Shown here one piece after another: positions 20,622-30,252 of a stretch of 64,000 bases of DNA. The stretch is taken from IMG/VR virus record IMGVR_UViG_3300033182_000980, positions 311,692 through 375,691 of that record; one strand, 5' to 3'. The notes under the pieces are model-generated. The model did not search any database, was not told where the DNA came from, and saw only the letters and a list, made by a program, of their open reading frames with translations. A program made the translations under genes and the position numbers. Within the stretch, counting starts at the first letter, position 1. Each line of letters begins with the position of its first letter.

Positions 20622-21166
20622 ATGAACTTTCCTATAAATGGTGATGAAGCAGGTGCTGGACCAGGAACTCCCGCCACTACACCATTCGCTACTGTGGTTA
20701 AAAAGTGTGAACTGATCCCTTGCCCTAAAGCATTACAGATACGAACTCTATCTAAACCTACAATACCAACACTCGTGAAGCTACTTACCAACAACTGCGT
20801 TAATAACATAGGATCGCCCACCACCCCTCCTATAAATGAACCTACACCTACTCCAGCTACTGCACCTGTAAAAAAGTATGGCTGACTTATACCCACCATA
20901 ATCGGAACCCACATGACCGGAGCCATCACTCCTATTAAACCATTACCCTTAAACGCCGCTTCCATTAAAGCCCCATTAGGAACTACCACCACCGTGCCTC
21001 CACATACTCCACTACCCACTGTTCCCGAACAAGCTCCCTGTACTGTACTCGCTAATAACCATTGATATAAACCAAGCTCTACTCCCTGTGCTATCTGAAC
21101 CATCTGTGGAGTCTTACTACTAGAGGAAGCCATTATAGCTCCACTCACTAATCCTGGGACTGGCAT
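20618..21166 (-). CDS. Gly/Val-rich small virion protein with an internal duplication
   Basis: Two similar halves (AQGVELG / ALGQGISS; GTVGSG / GVGVGS); first gene of the structural operon. Confidence 0.65.
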   Translation of the reverse strand: MPVPGLVSGAIMASSSSKTPQMVQIAQGVELGLYQWLLASTVQGACSGTVGSGVCGGTVVVVPNGALMEAAFKGNGLIGVMAPVMWVPIMVGISQPYFFTGAVAGVGVGSFIGGVVGDPMLLTQLLVSSFTSVGIVGLDRVRICNALGQGISSHFLTTVANGVVAGVPGPAPASSPFIGKFI

Positions 21167-21263
21167 ATAAAATAATCCTATCGCTTTTTCATGTTGTCAG
21201 ACTTACACTACACGCAAGATGTATGTAGGTCTGTGTCTCTTAGTACATTCTACAACACAAACG

Positions 21264-21275
21264 ATAAAACAACTA
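21264..21275 (-). promoter_or_regulatory. Putative late promoter motif (TAGTTGTTTTAT) for the structural operon
   Basis: Matches the TAGTTTNTTTAT motif seen before other late-type genes. Confidence 0.45.
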
Positions 21276-21366
21276 TTGATATTAAACCGTCATTGAAAAT
21301 GAGATCGAAAAAACGGATCAGATTTCTACTGTAGCCAGTGATAGATAAGGGGGCTACGCTTCTGGA

Positions 21367-21966
21367 TCATTCGATCCTAAAGTCACCAGCGATCCAAGCG
21401 AGGTCTAACTGGTGGACGAGATCATATCTGTTCATTTTACGGGCGATAGATTTGAGTTTGTAACAGCGATCCTCAAGGGCATAATGTTGTCTCTGTTTGA
21501 CCGATAGGATCTCTTTGATCTCATAGTGATCTTTGGCCTTTATTTCGAGGTGTGCTTTTCGACCACTCATGTCATAGATGTATTGTTCGTCCCATCTGAT
21601 AGAGGATCTATCGTAGGTTGTCTCGGAGGGTATGACGACCTCGACCTTGCCTTGAGGCTTGGTGAGTTGGAAAACAAAGGTTGAGCAGTAAGAGCCACAG
21701 TCGGCTGTATTCTCTTCTCCCCAATCATCATCTGGATAGAACTTAGATTTTGTTTCGATGAGGTTGAAGCCTTCGCCTTTGATTTCGATCTTGAGGTCTT
21801 TCTTGATGTGCCATACTCGGAACTGCATTGCACTACAGGTAGCCCAAGCGTCAAAGTAGGCACACGCACCATTTCGATCATTGGGATCATCGAAGAAAGA
21901 GTTCTCTTCCCAGTCACCCCATTCACAGCTACCTTCACCAAAGAGTCTAAAGTCTCCTCTCATCAT
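21367..21966 (-). CDS. Hypothetical protein, tandem paralog of 21963..22526
   Basis: Shared T.P.G.V...W....I.D..G..A.L......HY...EIL. Confidence 0.75.
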   Translation of the reverse strand: MMRGDFRLFGEGSCEWGDWEENSFFDDPNDRNGACAYFDAWATCSAMQFRVWHIKKDLKIEIKGEGFNLIETKSKFYPDDDWGEENTADCGSYCSTFVFQLTKPQGKVEVVIPSETTYDRSSIRWDEQYIYDMSGRKAHLEIKAKDHYEIKEILSVKQRQHYALEDRCYKLKSIARKMNRYDLVHQLDLAWIAGDFRIE

Positions 21967-22526
21967 GGTGCAAGCTCCATGATCTTATTGTTGAGCATAG
22001 TGCGAACATCACCTTTAGACATATTACGAAGTCGTGCGAGTCGTTTGATTTCGATGAGAGTTTCTTCTTCTTGAGGGGTGAGGATCTCCTCTACCTTGTA
22101 GTGTCCTTGTTCGGTCTTGAGGAGTCGGGCTTCATTACCTCGTAGGTCTTTGATTAAGCCATCTTTCCATACGACCTCGACCTTATTGTCATCTATCTTG
22201 ATAGAGACATGACCGTTGGGTTGAGTGATCACCCAGTCGATCTCGATCTCATGTTGCTCACAGGGGATCTCCTCATCGTTATCATCCCAAGTGGTGCTTT
22301 CGGTACATTTTTGCTCATGGGAGATGATACGCACACCTTCAGTCTCAAGTTTGTATTCCTTTTTGATTTCGCTGTAAGCACAGAGACTCAACAGCACTCC
22401 CTCATGGACATTGAAGAAGGTTTCAGCACCCCCCTCCCATGCGTCTATATTTGAGTCAAGATCAAAGTGTTCTTCGGAGTTATCTGTGTTCCATTTTAGG
22501 AAGTATGGATTGATGATGTTAAACAT
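21963..22526 (-). CDS. Hypothetical protein, tandem paralog of 21367..21966
   Basis: Same shared motif; SD AAAGGAGA. Confidence 0.75.
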   Translation of the reverse strand: MFNIINPYFLKWNTDNSEEHFDLDSNIDAWEGGAETFFNVHEGVLLSLCAYSEIKKEYKLETEGVRIISHEQKCTESTTWDDNDEEIPCEQHEIEIDWVITQPNGHVSIKIDDNKVEVVWKDGLIKDLRGNEARLLKTEQGHYKVEEILTPQEEETLIEIKRLARLRNMSKGDVRTMLNNKIMELAP

Positions 22527-22608
22527 GGTTCTCCTTTAGCGAGTGAGAGGGTTGATACTTACTTAACGATCTCAACACTTGAAATAAGACAAATCTTTTA
22601 AACTTTTT

Positions 22609-22785
22609 TCACCAACCTCGATTGGCTTTACTTTTCGCTCGGTTAGCTTGTTGCTCCTTCTCTTGGAGGAGTCTCCAGAGGGCTTGAGCTTCTTGCTCGG
22701 TTAGCTTATCGAGCATGGGGAGGAGCGTTTGTCTGTCGCAACGCTCTCTATGAAAGAGAGCCGAGAGGTGTCGTTTGATGCTCAT
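22609..22785 (-). CDS. Small helical protein (58 aa, not in the ORF track)
   Basis: Hand translation MSIKRHLSALFHRERCDRQTLLPMLDKLTEQEAQALWRLLQEKEQQANRAKSKANRGW; ATGA overlap with the 22782 gene. Confidence 0.6.
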   Translation of the reverse strand: MSIKRHLSALFHRERCDRQTLLPMLDKLTEQEAQALWRLLQEKEQQANRAKSKANRGW

Positions 22786-23003
22786 GCGATACCTCCCATC
22801 ATGGCTACTGTTTGAGTGAACACGCTCTCGCTCTCTTTCTTGAGTAGAGAGAGGGCTTCATTGATTGCGAGGTCAGTACACCCTCTCATGTTCTGTTCTG
22901 TGATGTATGGGCCTTTAACAGCCTCATTGAGATGCCACAGCATAGCCTTGAGTGGTGTGCCTGTGAGCTTGTCGAGTTTTAGATTTAAGGTTGTTCGTTT
23001 CAT
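22782..23003 (-). CDS. Hypothetical protein
   Basis: SD; class I motif at 23032-23042. Confidence 0.7.
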   Translation of the reverse strand: MKRTTLNLKLDKLTGTPLKAMLWHLNEAVKGPYITEQNMRGCTDLAINEALSLLKKESESVFTQTVAMMGGIA

Positions 23004-23038
23004 GTGTTCTCCTTTTACGAAGTGATATAGGTAAGGGG

Positions 23039-23131
23039 TTACAGGTTCTTCATACGATAGTAGCTGACGATGAAGAGTCCGATGAGGCAGATGCTGGCGA
23101 CACCAGCGATGTCTAGGATTGTTGAGATCAT
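23039..23131 (-). CDS. 30-aa single-TM peptide (not in the ORF track)
   Basis: MISTILDIAGVASICLIGLFIVSYYRMKNL; SD AAAGGAGA; stop codon lies inside the class I motif. Confidence 0.55.
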   Translation of the reverse strand: MISTILDIAGVASICLIGLFIVSYYRMKNL

Positions 23132-23219
23132 TGTCTTTAGTCTCCTTTAGGCTGAACCCTTTCGGTTGTTCTGGTGTAGAATGATGATAATCATTAGTGC
23201 GAGAAGTTTAAGAGTCATG

Positions 23220-23429
23220 TTAGACCTTCCATACTTGCGTGAATCCAAATCGAAGCTCTAGTGCCTCTAGGAACGCACTTTGGCTCTTGGGTGAACCCTC
23301 CACATCAACTTTCACATAAGGCTCGTAGGGAGTGCCTTCTCGTGTCTTTAAAGACACACCATGTGTCATGGCAATAGAGTGGAGCTGACACTCCTTAGAG
23401 TGTATGGTTCTGGTCATGGCGAGGGTCAT
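23220..23429 (-). CDS. Hypothetical protein
   Basis: Follows the 23444 gene in the same operon. Confidence 0.55.
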   Translation of the reverse strand: MTLAMTRTIHSKECQLHSIAMTHGVSLKTREGTPYEPYVKVDVEGSPKSQSAFLEALELRFGFTQVWKV

Positions 23430-23443
23430 AAGGTTGCTCTCTC

Positions 23444-23980
23444 TTAGCGAGGGTTGTTGAACGCATCCCGATCCACCGTTTCGTCAAACTCGGTGATCTC
23501 GTGTCGGATGTAGCGTGGGAGGTTCAAGTTAGTTTCGATGCAGTTGCGGATTGCTGTGAAGAGGTGCTTTGCCTCTTTGAGTGGATAGTGTCCATCAACG
23601 ATGACACCCCGAACATATTGACGGCCATCCTCCGAGTAGAAGAAGGGAGTACCATCTCTACGAGTGAGCTTACCACTGTAGCTCTTAGGTCGGTTAGTGT
23701 TGTTTCCTGCGAGGCTCGCTTGGGTGCTAGGGATCATCCCCTTGCTACCGAACAGCACCTTATCGACATCAGCTTCGGTGCATTGAACACCTGCCTCATT
23801 GATGAGGGCAGTAGCCTGTGCGAGAGTGTTAGAGCTTGTGAAGGCTTGAAGGCGAGTCAGACGCTCCTGGAGGACTGCCTTGTAGGGGACGGTCATGTCG
23901 AGGATGACGCTGTAGAGTCCATCTCCATTGATGCGGCCGAGTTTGACTCTTGGATGATTGGTTGGGGTTGAGTTATTCAT
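23444..23980 (-). CDS. Hypothetical protein, distant paralog of 24989 and 27697
   Basis: G..YVRG.I and ..I...L.L..(Y/W) shared; start moved to 23980 after SD. Confidence 0.7.
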   Translation of the reverse strand: MNNSTPTNHPRVKLGRINGDGLYSVILDMTVPYKAVLQERLTRLQAFTSSNTLAQATALINEAGVQCTEADVDKVLFGSKGMIPSTQASLAGNNTNRPKSYSGKLTRRDGTPFFYSEDGRQYVRGVIVDGHYPLKEAKHLFTAIRNCIETNLNLPRYIRHEITEFDETVDRDAFNNPR

Positions 23981-24043
23981 CTTTAGTCTCCTATGAGAGT
24001 GAGTGGGCTTCATTGCCCTCGATACTAGGTTATAGATAAGGGG

Positions 24044-24343
24044 TTACGCTTCTAGCTCATCAGCGAGCTGATCGTTCACGCTGTCGAAGAAAAAGTCGAG
24101 GCGAGTCCGATCACTTTCGCTGACGGAGGCGGTCGTATTGATCACATCATAGAAGCATGGGGCATCGGGAGCTACCTCCTCCATGACGGAAACCATGTTG
24201 ATGTACATCCCACGCTCTGCGATGTTGATCTCCTCCTCATTCTCCTCGGCCTCATCCATGAGGTCTTGGAGCTGATTGCGATAGCTCTGCATTTGAGTTT
24301 CGATCTGACGAGAGAGCTGTAGTAGTTTCTCTTGGACTGTCAT
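24044..24343 (-). CDS. Acidic helical hypothetical protein
   Basis: SD; two class I motifs upstream; stop codon inside the downstream motif. Confidence 0.75.
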   Translation of the reverse strand: MTVQEKLLQLSRQIETQMQSYRNQLQDLMDEAEENEEEINIAERGMYINMVSVMEEVAPDAPCFYDVINTTASVSESDRTRLDFFFDSVNDQLADELEA

Positions 24344-24611
24344 GTCTGTTCTCCTTTACGAAGTTGGGTGTCGATTACATAGGTTATATGATTAAGGGGT
24401 TACAAGCTCTAAAGCCGACAGTTAGTTGGCAGTCGCTACCACCCTCGATACTAGACTATAGATAAGGGGTTACACTTCCCCACGGTAGAAATGCACGAGT
24501 CAGAGAATACGCAAAGTTTTCGAGGGTTTAGGTGTCTGTAACCCCTTATCTATATCATAGTATCGGGGCTGAATGACTCACCCCACCAACCACTCCCCAA
24601 TGGAGAACATC

Positions 24612-24872
24612 ATGAACGCACTTCCCCCCCTAACATACGCAGAAGCCTCACATGGTATCACCAAGATCGTCAGTGATCTTGGCTTCCCCCTCTTTATGGG
24701 TGAGGCAGAGCGTAAGCCTACTGTCAAGGCTGTACGCAAGCAAGTGAGTGCTTACTACAACCGACTCCACCGAGAGAACAAGCTCGACTGTCTCCATGCG
24801 TATGACGCAGAGAATAAGTCAGAGCTTCTTGAGGCGGCCGTGGCAGAGCTTCTTGAGCGAGTCGAGGGCTAA
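24612..24872 (+). CDS. Hypothetical protein
   Basis: Class I motif at 24538, hairpin, SD TGGAGA. Confidence 0.7.
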   Translation: MNALPPLTYAEASHGITKIVSDLGFPLFMGEAERKPTVKAVRKQVSAYYNRLHRENKLDCLHAYDAENKSELLEAAVAELLERVEG

Positions 24873-24988
24873 GAGAGTCGGGTTGTAACCCCTTATCTAT
24901 AACCTAGTGTGAGAGGCTAGGGAAACAATCACCCAGCAATCATATAACTTAATCTGCAACCACACCATCTCTTGAAAGGAGAACCACC

Positions 24989-25594
24989 ATGCAGAACATC
25001 ACAGCAACCCCAAACACAAGCATCACTTTCACCACAACCAAGTCGGGTCGTGCCGACTTGAAGAGGGACGGAGGCACAGTTCGTGGGCGACATACAGTCG
25101 AGGTGTCGATGTTGGTCGGCACTGACCACAAGACCATCGCAGGTCTTGACCTCGCTAAAGTCGAGACTGCTGACCGAGCGAAGCTCAAGACAGCTCTTGA
25201 GGATCGGGGCTTGGTCTTTACTGACCTCGACTTTAACTTGGCTCTTGAGGGTGATCAACCTCGTAAGAAGGGTCTACTGACTGCGTTGCGTCAGTCGGCT
25301 ACAGGATCGAACGATGACAACAAGCATCTTGAGGCTTACTCTGACCACCCATGTGGGGTCAAGGGAGTGAGTATCCATGACGGTACAGGTGATGTCCATG
25401 TGCGTGGGATCATCATCGGAGAGAAGATCATCTCTGCTGACCCGAATGGTGATGCTCGCAAGGTGGCGAATGGGCTTCATGTCCAGCTCAAGAACGCAAT
25501 CAGCTCCGAGCTTGATCTCACTTCACGAAAGTGGAGGCAGTACAAGCTACCAGCGTCAGCGACTGTAAATGGGATCGACAACCCAACTCTCTAA
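24989..25594 (+). CDS. Hypothetical protein, paralog of 27697
   Basis: Near-identical blocks DGGT.RGRHTV, NKHLEAY..HPCG, DPNGDAR, WRQYKLP. Confidence 0.85.
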   Translation: MQNITATPNTSITFTTTKSGRADLKRDGGTVRGRHTVEVSMLVGTDHKTIAGLDLAKVETADRAKLKTALEDRGLVFTDLDFNLALEGDQPRKKGLLTALRQSATGSNDDNKHLEAYSDHPCGVKGVSIHDGTGDVHVRGIIIGEKIISADPNGDARKVANGLHVQLKNAISSELDLTSRKWRQYKLPASATVNGIDNPTL

Positions 25595-25672
25595 GAGGTC
25601 GAGGGTATACTCTGTAACCCCTTATTCATATAACAGCATCAGCCAACTAACCACTCACTAAGGAGAACAAAA

Positions 25673-26887
25673 ATGGCTAAGAACTTATCAGCTACCGTCC
25701 GAGAGAACCTTCCCTTTATCCTCAGCACCAATGGTGCCCCAATGAACAAGAAAGAGCTTCGTGATGCTTATGTCTCACACGAGGGGTGTTCGTCCGAGTT
25801 TGACTTCGGGCAAAACAAGGACACTTGGAGCAAGCTCCGATCTGCGATCCACGGTGCGGCTCCCAAGCTCGTAAAGCAAGGTGTCCTTTTTCAGCCGACT
25901 AAGGGCAAGTTTGATGTGGTCGAGGGTACAGCTATCCCATCAGCGTTTGTGCCTTTCCTCAATGGTCAAGCACCTGTTGCTCCAACCCCTGTGGTCGAGG
26001 CAGACCCTGTGGTTGAGGTCGAGCCTGTGGTTGAGGTTGAGCCTGTGGTTGAGGCAGACCCTATGGTCGAGGTGAGCGTGAGCAATCCGGCGGTCATCGA
26101 GGCTCACATCGACACCGAGACTCAAGAGCTGGTTGAGAATGTCGGTGGTAGCCGAGACTACCGTAAGCCTCTCGATCAAGTAGAGGACGGATATATCACC
26201 TCAAGCGTACCCTCAAGCGTACAAGTCAGCACGACTACCCTTGAGCCTGTGGTCGAGGTTGAGGAGACTCAAGAGGTGGTCGAAGCCGAGCCTGTGGTTG
26301 AGGAGACTCAAGAAGAGGTCGTAGATGCCCCTGTAGAGCCTGTTGAGGTTGAGGAGGTGGTAGAGGCTACCCCTGTGGCAGAAACGCTTGTAGAGGACGA
26401 TCTCGACCTCTTTGGTGAGGAGGTTGAGGAGACTCAAGAGGAGGAAGATCAGCAACCGAGCTATGACCTCAAAGAGCTTCGCAAGAACGCTTCCTTTGAC
26501 CCACTCTCGCTGACCATGAAGGGAGTAAAGGGTAGCTATGAGGTATATCGAGATATGGAGGCACGAAACATCGTGTTGACGCAAAAGGGGCGAGAGGACT
26601 ATGTGATCGTACCTGTGGATGTGGATCAAGATCGACTTGACGCTCTTAATGAAGCAGATGCTCGTTATGCTCGATATGCCCTTAAGTCAGTAGAGATCTT
26701 CGATACAGCATCGCATCACAAGGATGGTTGTACTCCAATCGTCAAGGCTCTTATCTCTTGTACCAATAACTGCGAGCATACAGATGACTTTGGAGGTCTA
26801 GTAGAGCCTTGCATGAAGCCTCTTGACTGTCCTCTACAGAGCATTTGGGGAGGGGTGGCGATCTATGTCAACCCTCAAGACGCATAA
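25673..26887 (+). CDS. Winged-helix (Mrr-N-like) protein with EPVVE repeats, DLFGE motif and Cys-rich C-terminus
   Basis: LRSAIHGAAPKLVKQGVLFQPTKGKF; acidic repeats; four Cys near the C-terminus. Confidence 0.75.
   Translation: MAKNLSATVRENLPFILSTNGAPMNKKELRDAYVSHEGCSSEFDFGQNKDTWSKLRSAIHGAAPKLVKQGVLFQPTKGKFDVVEGTAIPSAFVPFLNGQAPVAPTPVVEADPVVEVEPVVEVEPVVEADPMVEVSVSNPAVIEAHIDTETQELVENVGGSRDYRKPLDQVEDGYITSSVPSSVQVSTTTLEPVVEVEETQEVVEAEPVVEETQEEVVDAPVEPVEVEEVVEATPVAETLVEDDLDLFGEEVEETQEEEDQQPSYDLKELRKNASFDPLSLTMKGVKGSYEVYRDMEARNIVLTQKGREDYVIVPVDVDQDRLDALNEADARYARYALKSVEIFDTASHHKDGCTPIVKALISCTNNCEHTDDFGGLVEPCMKPLDCPLQSIWGGVAIYVNPQDA
25985..26380 (+). repeat. Coding tandem repeats (GAGCCTGTGGTYGAGG, EPVVE units)
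   Basis: Several imperfect 18-bp units in two blocks within 25673..26887. Confidence 0.75.
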
Positions 26888-27085
26888 CGATACACCCCTC
26901 AAGCTGTTAAGTGAGAGTCGCCTAGAGCGTTTCTTAAAGGCAGTAGCCCCGACACTTAAGAGCGTGGGGGTGGAGCAGAACATACTTACTTTAACCTTTG
27001 ACCAAACAACAATCATACTCCCCCTCACATCAACGATGACTTGGGGGCAACTAATAGACTCCTTAAAGGAGAAAGGGCTTATCCC

Positions 27086-27331
27086 ATGAGCAACAAGCTA
27101 ACAACAACAGACCTTCGAGACTCAATCATCATCGTAATCGAGCGAGACGGCTCACATCACATCAAGCTCCCGAATAATGACGAGCTAGAGTTTGACAAGA
27201 AGGCGTATAACGCCATGCTAAACACCTTAACTGTCTTAGACGAGCCGAGCTTTGTCCTTAAGACCTTCCTTTGGATCGAGCGTAGGATGCAAGCTCTTAG
27301 CCACATGATCTTCGGTAGGGCAGAGACTTGA
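27086..27331 (+). CDS. Hypothetical protein
   Basis: Start moved to MSNKL; operon context. Confidence 0.6.
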   Translation: MSNKLTTTDLRDSIIIVIERDGSHHIKLPNNDELEFDKKAYNAMLNTLTVLDEPSFVLKTFLWIERRMQALSHMIFGRAET

Positions 27332-27654
27332 AATATACGGTCTTAGTGGACGGTAAGCGTGAGCCTAATCCCAAGCTAGGCTCAATGCCTTTGTATTCAC
27401 TAGATCTAATAGCTTGGATGGAACTACTTACCGAGATGGGGTTTAGGAAAATAGATGGGGATCAAACTTGGGAACATACCAAAGACCCCGAACTGCTCCT
27501 TAGATTGAAGTTTGATGGTTCTCTAATCTCCCTCGAAATCTACCACCCCAAAAGTGGAGGCATTAGCAAGAGCTTTACCCTCGAACGAACCCAAAGTGCC
27601 TTCCTTGGCATAGAGGCTCTGCTCACAGAAATACGCAACATCTACCGAAACTGA
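27328..27654 (+). CDS. ExGF/IRxxW family protein
   Basis: LTEMGF...WEH.KDP.L.LRL.FD...EIRNIY. Confidence 0.7.
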   Translation: MKYTVLVDGKREPNPKLGSMPLYSLDLIAWMELLTEMGFRKIDGDQTWEHTKDPELLLRLKFDGSLISLEIYHPKSGGISKSFTLERTQSAFLGIEALLTEIRNIYRN

Positions 27655-27696
27655 CTAGAAATCTTATAACTAACTTATCACAACTTTTATGGAGGC

Positions 27697-28293
27697 ATGG
27701 ATATGGACATCCAGCTAAACGACAATACGATCATTTCATTCACCACCCAGCGTGTAGGCAAGAAAGACCTCAAGAAAGATGGAGGCACACATCGTGGGCG
27801 ACATACAGTCCGAGTGACAATGCTTGTTGGGTCTGACTATAAGACTGTCTCATCATTGGATTGGACGAAGGCGATGATGGCAGACGCAAACAAGTACGAC
27901 TACATGGAGAAGATCAAGGAGCGAAATCCAGACCTTGAGTTCGACAAGCTGAACTTCAACATCGCATGGGATGATGTCATCATCTCACTACAGGACACTG
28001 CACATGGTGAGGAGAAGCGAAACAAGCACCTTGAAGCGTATGAGCCTCACCCATGTGGTATTCGAGGTGTCATGGTACACAAGGAGACAGGTGATGTTTA
28101 CCTTACAGGCATCCAGGTGAAAGAGGAGATCGTTGAAGAAGATCCCAATGGAGATGCTCGACAGCTTCCTCGGACGATGAAGGCTCAACTCAAGCGTGAG
28201 GTTCAAAAGGTGCTGGAGCTGATGACAGGCAACTGGCGACAGTACAAGCTCCCAAAGGGTGTGACCATTAATGGGATTGACTCTAACGACTAG
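27697..28293 (+). CDS. Hypothetical protein, paralog of 24989
   Basis: Shares the blocks listed for 24989. Confidence 0.85.
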   Translation: MDMDIQLNDNTIISFTTQRVGKKDLKKDGGTHRGRHTVRVTMLVGSDYKTVSSLDWTKAMMADANKYDYMEKIKERNPDLEFDKLNFNIAWDDVIISLQDTAHGEEKRNKHLEAYEPHPCGIRGVMVHKETGDVYLTGIQVKEEIVEEDPNGDARQLPRTMKAQLKREVQKVLELMTGNWRQYKLPKGVTINGIDSND

Positions 28294-28736
28294 AGGTTAG
28301 CCTCTAACCAGGAGAGGTCAAGCGTCCATTGATGCTGTGATCTCTCATTCCACACCTCAAAGACTTGGACGATGTAGTCCTCTGTCTCTTGAGGTGTGAG
28401 ATCATTGATCTTAGCTAGGTGCTTTAAGACTCTGGTTTGCGTATGGGGTGGCTCAACAGATAGAGTACGCCCGATGTGTTTGACCTTGTGGCAGGTGGGG
28501 CAAAGAGAAATCAAGCCCTTGAGTGTTTGGGTCTTGGTCTGATCGTTGTAATCCCATATCTCGTGGCACTCAACAGGCCACTTAGACCCTTTGCCTCCAC
28601 AGACTTCGCATTTGTACCCTGCTTGCTTATAAGAGGCTTTGCGTAGCTTATCCCATTGTGCTTTGGAGAGGTTGGCTTCGGAGCGTAGGTTATTGCCCCA
28701 TGAGGATTGTGGTACGAGTTCAATGTTTAGTTGCAT
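28290..28736 (-). CDS. HNH-type zinc-binding endonuclease-like protein
   Basis: YKCEVCG...ECHEIW...LCPTCHKVKH. Confidence 0.8.
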   Translation of the reverse strand: MQLNIELVPQSSWGNNLRSEANLSKAQWDKLRKASYKQAGYKCEVCGGKGSKWPVECHEIWDYNDQTKTQTLKGLISLCPTCHKVKHIGRTLSVEPPHTQTRVLKHLAKINDLTPQETEDYIVQVFEVWNERSQHQWTLDLSWLEANL

Positions 28737-29061
28737 ATAGACCTCTGATGGTATCTAACAGTTCCCTAATCACATAGAGGAGAGAGTTGCTGGATAAGAT
28801 GTGTACATAGGCTATCTTTTCGTCAGCCTTAAAAATAGTGATTAGACTTATCTTGCTGTCGAATCTAAGTCGGAGGGTTGGGTCATTGGTGTGTTTGTAA
28901 GACCAGCTATCACGACTGGACACGCCATCCGGATCTTTCACGAACCCAATCTCGATGAAAACTACCTTCCAATCAGCAACCGAGAGATGGTAAGGAGATA
29001 ACGAACCGAGGTTGGACGATGGGATCAGTAGCCCCTCGGAGTCCCGATCAATGTATTTCAT
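28720..29061 (-). CDS. ExGF/IRxxW family protein
   Basis: FIEIGF...YKH.NDP.LRLRFD...TIRGLY. Confidence 0.7.
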   Translation of the reverse strand: MKYIDRDSEGLLIPSSNLGSLSPYHLSVADWKVVFIEIGFVKDPDGVSSRDSWSYKHTNDPTLRLRFDSKISLITIFKADEKIAYVHILSSNSLLYVIRELLDTIRGLYATKH

Positions 29062-29450
29062 TTCTTCTTCTCTCTAAGTGCGAGTAAGGTTTTGGTCAGC
29101 TCACCTGCTTCATCTTGTCTGTCTTGATTTCTATCTGGATGGCAGAACATGAGCAGTCTTTTGACGAGAGCTTGATCTATCTTGGGCTTCGACTGAGCTT
29201 GATAGCGTAGGCTAGAAATCTCCATCTTGAGTTGATGGACTTGAGCGTTGAGTGTCTTGATCTGATTATCTAGGTACGAAGTGTCGGGTGTCTCTTGTAA
29301 GAGCTGATGGATGATTTTCTGTAGGGAGTCGTATCGGTCATCAGACTTGATACGCTGAAAGCCTTGGCTACCTCTCCAGCAAGTCCAGCAAAGATCATAG
29401 TGGCTATTTTCCATAGGCCAGTTGCACTCGCTACATATTTGAACATCCAT
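29058..29450 (-). CDS. Zn-finger + coiled-coil + C-terminal J-domain-like (HPD) protein
   Basis: CSEC..CWTC; KRLLMFCHPDRN; start moved to 29450. Confidence 0.7.
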   Translation of the reverse strand: MDVQICSECNWPMENSHYDLCWTCWRGSQGFQRIKSDDRYDSLQKIIHQLLQETPDTSYLDNQIKTLNAQVHQLKMEISSLRYQAQSKPKIDQALVKRLLMFCHPDRNQDRQDEAGELTKTLLALREKKK

Positions 29451-29509
29451 AGTTAATACTTTCTTTATATCTATTCTTACACAGATCATTTATATGAAAG
29501 GCATAAACA

Positions 29510-30247
29510 ATGTATGACAAGATCGCTTATCTAAGATTAAGGATTGCTCGTTTAGAACGACTCGCAGATTTAAGGCCAGGTCTTGGCACAAAAGACCCTT
29601 GCTACATTATTCAGAGAGCAGTTAACAATGGAGCAGACATCCCAAAAGCCCGATATGTTAAAGAGGTGTTGGAGGATCTTGAAATCGTCACATACGGAGA
29701 GTCTGGCCGTAGTGGGTTAGAAGACATTCCTAGTAGCGAAAAGAATGATTGGTATGGGGCTACTTACCCTCGCAGATTGAAGGAAAGAGTTGAGGGCGAG
29801 GAGATTGCATATGGAAAAGGTGGGAAGAAAAAGTTGCCAGTCAACATTCCACATCTCACTTATTCTCAACACGCTCAGTTTAGGATGGATCTGAGAGGGG
29901 TCACTACGAAACAAGTAGAAGCTGTTGTGAAGCACTGGCACACACAGAATGCAATGGTACGAGAGGGTATACGAGATTATGACCGACTAAAAGAAATCGC
30001 CATGACAAATAAAGAGGAGCATGATTCAATCCGAGAGAACTTGGACTATCTTGAAAGGATTCTGTCTCCTGATGAGTTCAGAAAGCAGAAGGCTGATATG
30101 AAAAGGTACAATAGGAGTATGGAGATCAACCATAAATATATGGGTGTCTTTGTAGGGTTTGTGCCTCAGAGAGATGGAAGTATAGACATCAAGACCGTCT
30201 TTAATCTTAAGAAAGACGATGAGCCTTACGGAAACTATGGTTGCTAA
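29510..30247 (+). CDS. Leader-bearing protein with a DUF4258/RelE-like RNase-fold domain
   Basis: LRLRIARLERLA leader; YSQHAQFRMDLRGVTTKQV...IDIKTVF. Confidence 0.65.
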   Translation: MYDKIAYLRLRIARLERLADLRPGLGTKDPCYIIQRAVNNGADIPKARYVKEVLEDLEIVTYGESGRSGLEDIPSSEKNDWYGATYPRRLKERVEGEEIAYGKGGKKKLPVNIPHLTYSQHAQFRMDLRGVTTKQVEAVVKHWHTQNAMVREGIRDYDRLKEIAMTNKEEHDSIRENLDYLERILSPDEFRKQKADMKRYNRSMEINHKYMGVFVGFVPQRDGSIDIKTVFNLKKDDEPYGNYGC

Positions 30248-30252
30248 GATTT

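Noticed and set aside
11884-20885. Plus-strand ORFs inside the structural genes and other antisense ORFs in the track
   Set aside because: Shadow frames of real genes, lacking SD or promoter motifs.
22609-22785. Possible ncRNA with two GCTCGGTTAGCTT repeats
   Set aside because: Explained by a translationally coupled 58-aa ORF on the minus strand.
28290-28736. HNH gene as an intron-encoded homing endonuclease
   Set aside because: It is coupled within an operon and does not interrupt another gene; no intron structure seen.
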